Shown here in pieces: positions 30,493-39,400 of a stretch of 64,000 nucleotides of DNA. How positions within the stretch are numbered: position 1 is the stretch's first letter; each line of letters begins with the position of its first letter. The notes under the pieces are model-generated. The model was not told the origin of the DNA, made no database searches, and saw only the letters and a list, made by a program, of their open reading frames with translations. The stretch covers positions 128,001-192,000 of the forward strand of contig CBDCTH010000004.1 in NCBI GenBank assembly GCA_965222155.1. Reading direction: 5' to 3'. The stretch comes from Gammaproteobacteria bacterium (GTDB taxonomy: Bacteria > Pseudomonadota > Gammaproteobacteria > Eutrophobiales > Eutrophobiaceae). Both the position numbers and the translations under genes were made by a program.

Positions 30493-31623
30493 ATGGTTGC
30501 GAAACGAGACTACTATGATGTTCTTGGCGTATCAAAAAATGCGTCCGATGCTGAAATAAAAAAGGCATTTCGCCGTTTGGCAATGAAGTACCATCCGGAC
30601 CGCAATCCGGATAATAGCGAGGCGGAAGATAAATTCAAGGAGGCAAAGGAAGCCAATGATATCCTGAGCGATCAGCAGAAACGGGCAGCCTATGATCAAT
30701 TCGGCCATGCCGGCGTCAGTACCTCCGCCGGCGAGTCGAGCGCCCAGGGAAACAGCGGTTTCGGCGATATTTTCGACAGTGTTTTCGGCGATATATTCGG
30801 CGCGCAAGGGCGCGGCGGCCAGCGCGTCCGGTCCGGGGCAAACCTGCGTTACGACCTGGAAATGAGTCTGGAGGGCGCTATCGCCGGCACAACGATCAAG
30901 ATACGGGTACCCAAGCTGGTAACCTGCAATTCCTGTTCCGGCAGCGGCGCCAGGCGGGGTTCAAGTCCGGTTCAGTGTCCTAACTGTAACGGCGGCGGCC
31001 AGGTCCGTATGCAACAAGGTTTTTTCTCGGTGCAGCAGACTTGCCCGAAATGCCGTGGCCAGGGAAAAATCATCAGTGATCCGTGCAATACCTGCCGTGG
31101 GCAGGGGCGCACCCGGGATAGCAAGACCATCTCCGTGAAAGTCCCGCCCGGTGTTGATACGGGTGACCGGATTCGCCTGTCAGGTGAGGGGGAAGCCGGG
31201 GAGTTCGGCGCTCCCTCCGGTGATTTGTATGTGCATGTCATCGTCAGGGAACATGAGATATTTACTCGCGAGGGTTCGGATATTTTCTGCGAGATTCCAG
31301 TCAGTTTTGCCGCAGCTGCTCTGGGTCGGGAAATAGAAATTCCGACCCTGGACGGCAAAGTCAAACTGAGGATCCCGCCGGAAACCCAGAGCGGCAAATT
31401 ATTTCGCCTGCGCGGCAAAGGCGTACGCTCTGTCAGGTCATCGGCAAAGGGTGATTTGTTATGCCGCGTGGCTGTTGAGACCCCCGTGAATTTAAGCACC
31501 AGACAAAAAGACTTATTGGAACAATTGGAAGAATCCATGCTGGAAGATGACAAGCGTTATCGTCCCAGAGCCAGCAACTGGTTCGACAGCGTGAAGAAAT
31601 TCTTTGATAATGCCAGCCAGTAA
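30493..31623 (+). CDS. dnaJ: Chaperone DnaJ
   Basis: HPD J-domain, four CxxCxGxG repeats. Confidence 0.98.
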   Translation: MVAKRDYYDVLGVSKNASDAEIKKAFRRLAMKYHPDRNPDNSEAEDKFKEAKEANDILSDQQKRAAYDQFGHAGVSTSAGESSAQGNSGFGDIFDSVFGDIFGAQGRGGQRVRSGANLRYDLEMSLEGAIAGTTIKIRVPKLVTCNSCSGSGARRGSSPVQCPNCNGGGQVRMQQGFFSVQQTCPKCRGQGKIISDPCNTCRGQGRTRDSKTISVKVPPGVDTGDRIRLSGEGEAGEFGAPSGDLYVHVIVREHEIFTREGSDIFCEIPVSFAAAALGREIEIPTLDGKVKLRIPPETQSGKLFRLRGKGVRSVRSSAKGDLLCRVAVETPVNLSTRQKDLLEQLEESMLEDDKRYRPRASNWFDSVKKFFDNASQ

Positions 31624-31633
31624 TAATACGGGT

Positions 31634-31662
31634 CGTCATTCCGGCGAACGCCGGAATCCAGT
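31634..31662 (+). repeat. CGTCATTCCGGCGAA palindromic repeat
   Basis: cgtcattccggcgaacgccggaatccagt. Confidence 0.85.
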
Positions 31663-31698
31663 AGAATAACCGTCTCGAAGAGACACATTATTTCACTC

Positions 31699-32514
31699 AT
31701 GATCAAAGCAGGAATATGCGGCGCCGCGGGCAGGATGGGAAAAACCATCCAGGAAGTCATTGATGCGACAGACGGTGTCGCGGTCGGCGCGGCCATAGAA
31801 CAGGAAGGCTCGCCCATGCTCGGCCTGGATGCCGGCGAAGTGGCCGGTATCGGCAGGCAGGGTGTCAGCATAACGGATGACATCGAAGCCGTCATGAACG
31901 ACTTTGATGTTCTGATAGACTTCACCCAGGCCGATGCAGTGCTGGAAAACCTGGAATTTTGCCGCGCCGGCAAAAAAAGAGTGGTCATCGGCACAACCGG
32001 GTTGTCTGCGCAACAGCAGCAGGCGGTACGGACGGCGAGCCGGGAAATCGCGGTCGTGTTTGCTCCCAACATGAGCGTCGGCGTCAATTTATGCTTCAAA
32101 CTGGCAGAACTGGCGGCGAGCATTATCGGCGACAGCACTGATATCGAGATTATCGAAGCGCACCATAATCGCAAGATCGATGCGCCGTCAGGCACGGCAG
32201 TACGGTTGGGCGAGATCGTGGCGGATACCCTGGGACGCGACCTGGCAGACTGTGCGGTATACGGGCGGCAGGGTTTTACCGGCCCCCGGGATAGCAAAAC
32301 CATTGGTTTTGAGACCATACGCGCCGGCGATATCGTCGGCGAACACACAGTCATGTTCGCGGGCGCCGGCGAGAGGGTTGAGATCAGACACGTAGCCACC
32401 AACCGTAAAACGTTCGCCGGCGGCGCTGTGCGCGCCGCGCAGTGGATCATGGGCAAGGAAACCGGGCTGTATAATATGCAGGACGTGCTGGGTCTGCATA
32501 CGGCGCAACAATGA
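31699..32514 (+). CDS. dapB: 4-hydroxy-tetrahydrodipicolinate reductase
   Basis: GAAGRMG, EAHHNRKIDAPSGTA, RAGDIVGEH. Confidence 0.97.
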   Translation: MIKAGICGAAGRMGKTIQEVIDATDGVAVGAAIEQEGSPMLGLDAGEVAGIGRQGVSITDDIEAVMNDFDVLIDFTQADAVLENLEFCRAGKKRVVIGTTGLSAQQQQAVRTASREIAVVFAPNMSVGVNLCFKLAELAASIIGDSTDIEIIEAHHNRKIDAPSGTAVRLGEIVADTLGRDLADCAVYGRQGFTGPRDSKTIGFETIRAGDIVGEHTVMFAGAGERVEIRHVATNRKTFAGGAVRAAQWIMGKETGLYNMQDVLGLHTAQQ

Positions 32515-33806
32515 TTTTTGATGCTTACCTGATGGTCGACTGGAGCGCTGCGAAGCATCCGAAAACTGGCGCTGGAAGTATATGGTTTTATTTCAAACAC
32601 CCCGGCGGAGAAATCGTCGAAAATCCATCTACCCGCGTCACAGCATACAAACGAATACTGAACTTGCTGCTTCAGTATTCTGACCTGCGCATCCTGGTCG
32701 GCATGGATTTTCCTTACGGTTACCCTGCCGGCTTAGCTGAGCGCCTGGGGGTTTGCTGCTGGATTGGAATCTGGAACGAATGGCACAATCGTATATCTGA
32801 CAAGGATGACAACTCAAACAACCGGTTCCGCGTCGCAACAGACTTGAACCGCCTGATTTCGGGTAAATCAGGCCCTTTCTGGGGATGTCTTCAATCAGAT
32901 TCCAGTGACTTCCTGACTGTCGATAAAACATCCCTGGCCGGGCTTCCAGAGTACCGATTTTGCGAACCGAAAGGAGCGAAGTCGGTGTGGCAACTTTTCT
33001 ACAACGGATCGGTTGGGTCTCAGGCCTTGATGGGAATCCCTCACCTGTACGCATTGCGTTTTGATGAACAACTCAGAAAGGAGTCATGCGTCTGGCCTTT
33101 CGAGACAGGTATGGCCACTCCTGACCCTGACAAGCGTATAGTTTATGCTGAAATATACCCGTCTGTGGTGGAAATCGAAACGGGGACGGGGGAGGTTCGT
33201 GACGAGGCGCAAGTGCGTGAACTTGCACGCTGGTTCCATAAACTTGACTCCGAAGGCCAACTGGGAGACTACTTCGCTGGACCAAAATTGACCACTGACC
33301 AATACAATCAAGTCGAGTCCCATGAAGGATGGATTTTGGGTGTGATGGAGGTTCGGCAGCGTACCGTCGAAAATGTATGTGTTCAGGAACCCGCCTCGAC
33401 TTACCAGGTTGAATATACTGAAAGACTAGGGAAACACTCTGAGTTTATTCTGCACGCTTATCATCACCGCATTGAGACATTGCGGTGCGACGCGAAGATT
33501 GATGGGTTATCTGTCAATAAAGCTTCAGAAGCTAATTTCTGGTCTTTTATTGGATCGATACCCTCAGCAAGAAAAGCGGAACTGGTGCTGATGGACAACG
33601 GGAACTTTCGAGCGGTTTGGAAAGACAAAAACGGAGACCACTTAGGTGTTCAGTTCCTCGGCGAGCAGATGGCAGAGTACGTTATTTTCAAACATCGTCC
33701 GGCAGCAGGAAGCGTCTCTCGGGTAGCCGGCATTGATACCCTTGAGGGAGTGATAACCCAGCTTCATGCGTTTGATCTCGACCTCGGGCCATTGGCAACT
33801 GCATGA
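32511..33806 (+). CDS. Putative RNase-H-like (DUF429-related) protein fused to a ~150-aa putative antitoxin domain
   Basis: VDWSA, GMDFPYGYP, YRFCE, GSVGSQAL, WPFE, AEIYPS, EGWILGV, followed immediately by an in-frame ATG (33345) and a second domain. Confidence 0.6.
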   Translation: MIFDAYLMVDWSAAKHPKTGAGSIWFYFKHPGGEIVENPSTRVTAYKRILNLLLQYSDLRILVGMDFPYGYPAGLAERLGVCCWIGIWNEWHNRISDKDDNSNNRFRVATDLNRLISGKSGPFWGCLQSDSSDFLTVDKTSLAGLPEYRFCEPKGAKSVWQLFYNGSVGSQALMGIPHLYALRFDEQLRKESCVWPFETGMATPDPDKRIVYAEIYPSVVEIETGTGEVRDEAQVRELARWFHKLDSEGQLGDYFAGPKLTTDQYNQVESHEGWILGVMEVRQRTVENVCVQEPASTYQVEYTERLGKHSEFILHAYHHRIETLRCDAKIDGLSVNKASEANFWSFIGSIPSARKAELVLMDNGNFRAVWKDKNGDHLGVQFLGEQMAEYVIFKHRPAAGSVSRVAGIDTLEGVITQLHAFDLDLGPLATA

Positions 33807-34255
33807 GCAACATTGATTTACCAAATGACGACCACGTTGTCCGTTACGCAAAACCGACAAGCGTCCGTGAAGACGGGAGTGTAGACGGCTCCGAATTTCG
33901 TTTACGCCCGTCTGATAAAGGTCTGTCTGTCAACTGGCTCGATTACTATCAGGGGATCGACAAATCACAACAACTTGATAAAGTCAGACAGTCGTCCCGA
34001 TTGACCATGAGGCCCAATGGACGTCTTGCTGAGCTGAACGTCGGTGTTACGAAGCGCTATGTTCAAGTGAGGCAAAATACTTTACGATTTGTTCACGTCC
34101 CTTTGGCCGCTGAGGGCGTGTATCAACCTGACCCCTCTCATGGAGAGATATCAGGATTACCGCCGGGAGACTCTCCAGAGGCCGCGTTGATTGGTGATAT
34201 GATCGCCGAGTGTATAGAAACCATTCATCCTGCAATTATAAGGCAGGAAACATAG
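33803..34255 (+). CDS. Hypothetical protein, possible ADP-ribosyltransferase-fold toxin
   Basis: DDHVVRY...FRLR...GLSVNW...SHGEI pattern; ATGA overlap with the upstream gene. Confidence 0.5.
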   Translation: MSNIDLPNDDHVVRYAKPTSVREDGSVDGSEFRLRPSDKGLSVNWLDYYQGIDKSQQLDKVRQSSRLTMRPNGRLAELNVGVTKRYVQVRQNTLRFVHVPLAAEGVYQPDPSHGEISGLPPGDSPEAALIGDMIAECIETIHPAIIRQET

Positions 34256-34270
34256 CGAGATTCAGTTCCC

Positions 34271-34768
34271 ATGTCGATACCCGCGCCGCTTGAGCTGTAT
34301 AAGGACTTGATACTTCCTGAATGGATCGATTACAACGGCCACATGAACGTGGCCTATTACGTCCTGGTGTTTGACCGCGCCACCGATGATTTTTTCGATT
34401 TCATGGGTTTGACCGCCGAATACAGGACTGCCGCCAATGTCTCCGCCTTCACTGCGGAAATGCACGTGAATTATATCCGTGAGGTGAAGGAGGGTGACGA
34501 AGTATTCGTAACCACCCAGTTGCTGGATTACGATACAAAACGCTTCCATTATTTTCACCGCATGTACCATGCCGAACAGGGCTATCTTGCCGCCACTAAT
34601 GAATTGCTGTGCCTGTTCGTGGACATGAACCTGAGACGGGTAACGCAGATGCCGTCCCCGACCATGGACATGCTGGCCGAAATCAAACAAAGTCACGCCG
34701 TACTGCCGCTGCCCGAACAGGTCGGCAGTGTGATGAAGGTAAAGCCGAAAGGCATCGTGAAGGATTAA
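34271..34768 (+). CDS. Hotdog-fold thioesterase (4HBT-like)
   Basis: EWIDYNGHMNVAYY, FTAEMHVNYIREV. Confidence 0.9.
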   Translation: MSIPAPLELYKDLILPEWIDYNGHMNVAYYVLVFDRATDDFFDFMGLTAEYRTAANVSAFTAEMHVNYIREVKEGDEVFVTTQLLDYDTKRFHYFHRMYHAEQGYLAATNELLCLFVDMNLRRVTQMPSPTMDMLAEIKQSHAVLPLPEQVGSVMKVKPKGIVKD

Positions 34769-34769
34769 T

Positions 34770-35300
34770 CAGTAGCCAGACCCCGAACGCCATTCCCGCC
34801 AGACAGGCGCCGGCGCGAAGAGTCCTTCTGACATGTTGCCTGCGGTCAGTCCCCCACTTGGGTTCTTTCAGATCGTTCCGGTATTCCGGGCGACATATCT
34901 GGTAGAGTTGGTCAAAGCCTTGTATCGTAGCGTTCATGAACGGGACCGTATGGACGTACATTCGCCACTCGCGGGATGCGCCGATGTTGGCAAAATCCGA
35001 TGAGACCATCCGTGCTGCACTGTTGCCGAATTCGTAACCTCGAATAATTCTGTCCATGCACGCCAACATATTCCCGGGAAGGGTTATCCGACATATCCTG
35101 GCGCCCTGTCGCCGCGTCGTTTTCCCTGAATGCGCCGTAGCGCCAGACATACTGGGTCAGGGACTCTCGGTGATTGATATGCTCAAAGCGCATTCCGACA
35201 CTTGGCCGTCCATGTTGTTCACCAATCGTCTGTGGTGCGTGCCGGCGGTGAATAAACAGGGTTCTCCAAAAACGTAACTTTTTACAGAAGTCGTCAGCGC
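34770..35300 (-). pseudogene. Degenerate fragment resembling large polyvalent proteins (LPD38-associated region)
   Basis: AARMVSSDFANIG...VPFMNATIQGFDQLY in the 34683..35150 frame; recognised from memory, boundaries approximate. Confidence 0.35.
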
Positions 35301-35318
35301 GGCTTGAATTATCGTCCT

Positions 35319-35732
35319 TTAACACGCCATAGCTCGCACATGGCCAGATATAGCATAATTCAGGATCTGCCTGTCGCGTGTGACCAGGGTACAGTCGAAC
35401 TCACGGGCAGTTGCAATAAGAATTCTATCGGCCGGGTCGGCAGGTGGTTCACCGGGGAGTGTCGTCGAAGCAATGAGGACTGAAGGTGACAGGTCTGCCA
35501 GTCTTACCCGCGGTAAACCGCATAACTTCCTGAACCAGACCTCCGGCCTGAGGGTCAACAGAATTCTCTTCTTTTCCGAGAGTATCGCGATTTCCCATGC
35601 CGTAATGGGAGAAACGACAAGCCGCCCGTTGCGTTCCAGTGCTAGCGGTAATTCTGTCTCGGCAGGGTCTTGCAGCGGATCGCCATTCATCAGCCAGATA
35701 GCCGCACACGTATCAAGAAGGTAATCCGTCAT
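35319..35732 (-). CDS. vapC: VapC-family PIN toxin
   Basis: YLLDTCAAIW, SPITAWEI, DPADRILIATAR, LVTRD. Confidence 0.92.
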   Translation of the reverse strand: MTDYLLDTCAAIWLMNGDPLQDPAETELPLALERNGRLVVSPITAWEIAILSEKKRILLTLRPEVWFRKLCGLPRVRLADLSPSVLIASTTLPGEPPADPADRILIATAREFDCTLVTRDRQILNYAISGHVRAMAC

Positions 35733-35738
35733 TTCGGA

Positions 35739-36140
35739 CTATTGCTGTGCGTTCCATTTCTCCCCTGTCGGCAAGGTCAGGTCAACTCCCGGCGCAATCG
35801 TGACCGTTCCTTCGAGTGCACCGAATATACGCGAAAACGGACTCGCGCCCTCATCCTTTCCAATCCTGTTGTTACTCAGGGCCGGAAGTTCACTCGCTGG
35901 TGCTTTCCTGAACACGAGTTTGCACTTCGCCATATCCACGTCCGCCGTTTTATATCCCGCACGGAGCCATGAGTCTGCATTAACATGGTTCGAAGGATTA
36001 TTTGACCACCAGGGACGGTATTGATAAGCCGAACGTGGTAAGTTATCACCAATCACTTCCTCAACTTCCGCAAACGTCATGGGGATGTAATCCATCCCGG
36101 AGGAGGACAGATAACCGGTTAAAGGTGCATATTTTGACAT
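35739..36140 (-). CDS. Putative antitoxin: DUF7662-like domain plus VapB/Phd-like C-terminal tail
   Basis: SKYAPL...MTFAEVEEVIG..LPRSA...WWSN...WLRAGY, then FGALEGTVTIAPGVDLTLPTGEKW; 6 bp upstream of vapC. Confidence 0.65.
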   Translation of the reverse strand: MSKYAPLTGYLSSSGMDYIPMTFAEVEEVIGDNLPRSAYQYRPWWSNNPSNHVNADSWLRAGYKTADVDMAKCKLVFRKAPASELPALSNNRIGKDEGASPFSRIFGALEGTVTIAPGVDLTLPTGEKWNAQQ

Positions 36141-36448
36141 GATTCAACCCAAGAATAGTTATTACATGCGTAGTATATACTATAACTATAGTTAGTGTCA
36201 AGACGCCTATCTTGTCAGGAACTATCATTGTTGGCTGCCGCTGCCCGAACAGGTCGGCAGTGTGATGAAGGTAAATCGATAGAATTGTTATGCCACAGAG
36301 GACACAGAGATTAGGTCAAACGGCTCAGCGTACCCCGGTTACATATTTTATTAACAGACTTCTTTGAAACGATGCAGGGGTTTAAATCCCTTTCACTTAA
36401 AAAGTTCTCAGTGCCCTCTGTGGCTGAACTCTCCCGTGGTCTTGAATT

Positions 36449-39400
36449 TCAGGACAGATCGCCAGGGCTTGTGTTGACAAAGCCTGCGGGGTTACGGCGG
36501 CGGGCCAGCAGGTTGTCGATTTCCCAGCGGGAGCCGGGGTCCACGTCAGTGAGACAGGTGGTTACGCCGTTCAGTTGTTTGGCAACAGGCAGACCGTTTT
36601 TAAAGAGTATCCTGTTGGTGTGTACGGCCGGGATGCGTTCGCCGGGCAACAGGCAGCCAATCAGGTTCAGCGGATCGGTTGCGGATATAACGACAGGAGG
36701 CAGTTTCCGTGTTTCATTTTTTTGTTTCCTCAACAATGCAATCGCCTCCGCCCTGGCAAATTGTTCCCCTGAGCAACCTTCGACAAAGTAACCGCCGCGG
36801 ATCTCGCCGCGCGCCTCCATACGCCGGCAGATATACAGCAGCTCTCTCCAGGGGGGCAGGTCGGACTCGCGCTCCAGCACCTTGCGGAACAGAACCCCGT
36901 AGCGTTTCAGCAGGGTATCCACAATGGCAGCGAGGGTGTTTTCATCTGTCCCCGGCCAGGCGCCTGGCGCCGGATGATCCGGGTTCCCGGCAGGCGCAAG
37001 GATAGCCGACCAGCGCCCCGCGGCATCGATGTTGTTCATGATCGACGTTCTTGTACGACGGCGCTTTCCGTGGGCGTAGGCAGGGCGTTTACTCTCTGGT
37101 GTAATCAGCGCCCGCAATCCCGCGTAACTGTCGGAGGTAACAAGGCCGCATGCGGCCAGTTCCGCCAGGGCCGTTTCGACCTGCGTGCGCAACAGGCCGG
37201 TTTGTTGAACCAGGTCTATGAAAAATGACGCGCCCTGGCGGAGCAGCAGGTCCAGGGTTTTCCCGGCTACTGACGATAACCTGGGGCCCTCAGCCGCCCC
37301 CGAAGGTTGCAGTTTCTGCCACAGGTCCAGGTTTTCACGGGCTATTAACGTGATGGGCGTGTTTCTCAGCAATACCGTCTTATTGATCGATACCTCATCC
37401 CATTTTGGTTTGTGCCTGCTCGTAACCAGACGTGTCCAGACGATGCGGCCGCTGCCGCACAGCCGATCCAGCGCTGCGTTCGAGTAGTCGTTCACCCGGG
37501 TCGGCAGGATATCTTTTTCCCATGCTGCCGCTGGAATGGCGCAGCCCTCCAGTTTTTCCAGCGCGGCCAGCACTGCGTTGTCTCCCTCGGACCGGAGTTC
37601 GCCCATGCCGTGCCAGTAAAATAAGAAACGCATATAGTTTGCCACCGGGACTGGTTGGATTTCCTCCCGTAACGAACGGATAGTGTAGCGGTGCATCCGG
37701 GCGAGCAGACCCCGTTCGCACCATTCCGTCTCCTCAGCCTCTGTGCTGAAACGCCCCTGCATGGCATAACCTTCATTCTGTAATGCCAGCAGGGCCACAC
37801 TGATTTCATTTGGTTTTGTTTCAAACAGATCAGCCAATTGAGTTACCGTGACGGGCCCGCTGCATTCAAGCCGGGCGCGGACCAGTTCGATCAGTGCAGC
37901 CTCTTTTGTCCAGCCATCGCCAACATCACTGTTCAAGCCTGAATCCACTGAAAGATCATCCCCGTCTCCATTCCGGCGAATGCCGGAATCCAGTGAACAA
38001 GGCGCCACCCCTGGTGGCACGTTATTCGACTTCATTCCTGCTTGCGCAGGAATGAAGTCCGAGGCATAGGCGTTAAGTTCCGGCGCTGGATGGTGGTTTG
38101 GTAAGGTCTCGGATTTATCCGAGCTGGGGGAGGATATGGGCGGGTCTATTTGCGCTCCGGCGTATACCGCTTCGATCTGAGGCAAACGTTCGGCGCAAAT
38201 CCACAGGGCCTGTTTCCCGCTCTGCAGGACCGCAGCACGCTTCTCCTCCATGAGCCGTGACAGCCAGGCGCGGCCATTAGCCTGCGCAGGGTTGTCACCG
38301 TTGCCTTCCCACTCGGTCATGACGCCCGTGAGCATCAGCGCGTCGTGCAGTTCCTCTGCGTCATTCATGACGGGCCAGGCTTCCCTGCGGACCCGGGCTA
38401 TGGCAGCCGGGCTTAACCGGGCCAGTTCGGCAGCGTCCGCCGGGTCCCTGAAGCGTCTGGCTATCACCGCATTCGTGCGGCGTTCTTCCGCAGGCGCATC
38501 GTCCAGGAATGCGTAAGGTCGCGCGCTCAGGATTTCCTGCGCCAGGGGAGAAGGACCGCCCAGCTCGCGGCAATGGAAACGGATACGCCCGTCCTCATAC
38601 CGGCGCAGTATTTTTTCCAGCCCGGCAATGTCCATGAGATCATGCAGGCAATCGTTGACAGTCTGTTCAACCAGTGGATGCCGGGGTATCTCCCGTTCCC
38701 CTGTCAGGTTGTCCTGGCAGGCCAGCTGGTCGGGGAAAATCACAGCCATCAGATCTTCTGCGTCGCTACGCTGGAACTGTGCGGGCGCTTTCCGGCCTTT
38801 GTTATTGCGTCTGACAGCCAGGGCCGTGGTGGCGTTCCAGCGCCAGTGGGTGGGGAACATGGGTGTCGCCAGCAGTGCCTGGGTAACCGCGTCCCTGACG
38901 CCGGCAGAGTTCAGGAAACGGGTCACATCCTCCAGGGGAAAACTATGGGTCGCGCCCAGTGAAATGACAATGCTGTCATCCAGGGCTGCGGCCTGTAATT
39001 CAAAATTGAACTGCCGGCAAAACCGCTTGCGCAGGGCCAGGCCCCAGGCGCGGTTGACACGGGATCCGTAGGGGCTGTGCAGCACCAGGTGCTGGTCCCC
39101 AGCCTCATCGAAGAACCGTTCAAACACGATATCCTGCCGGGTCGGTATTCGTCCCAGGGCCGCGCGGGCGCCCGCCAGGTGCTCGGTCAATTGGCGCGCC
39201 GCCGAGTCGCCAAGCCGTAACTCGTCAAGCAGCCAGCGACATGCAGCGTCCGCGCCATGGGCTAACTTCTCATCCATAATTCTACGCAAGCGGGAGACCG
39301 AGCGGCTGAGTTCGTCCGACCTGCCCGGCGCCTCGCCGAACCAGAACGGGATATTGGGAGGTTGTCCCTGAGCGTCTGCCACGCGCACTTTGCTCTGTTC

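Larger units (their letters stand above)
34703..36275. mobile_element. 1.5-kb islet bounded by a perfect 41-bp direct repeat of the thioesterase 3' region
   Basis: ctgccgctgcccgaacaggtcggcagtgtgatgaaggtaaa at 34703-34743 and 36235-36275. Confidence 0.75.
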
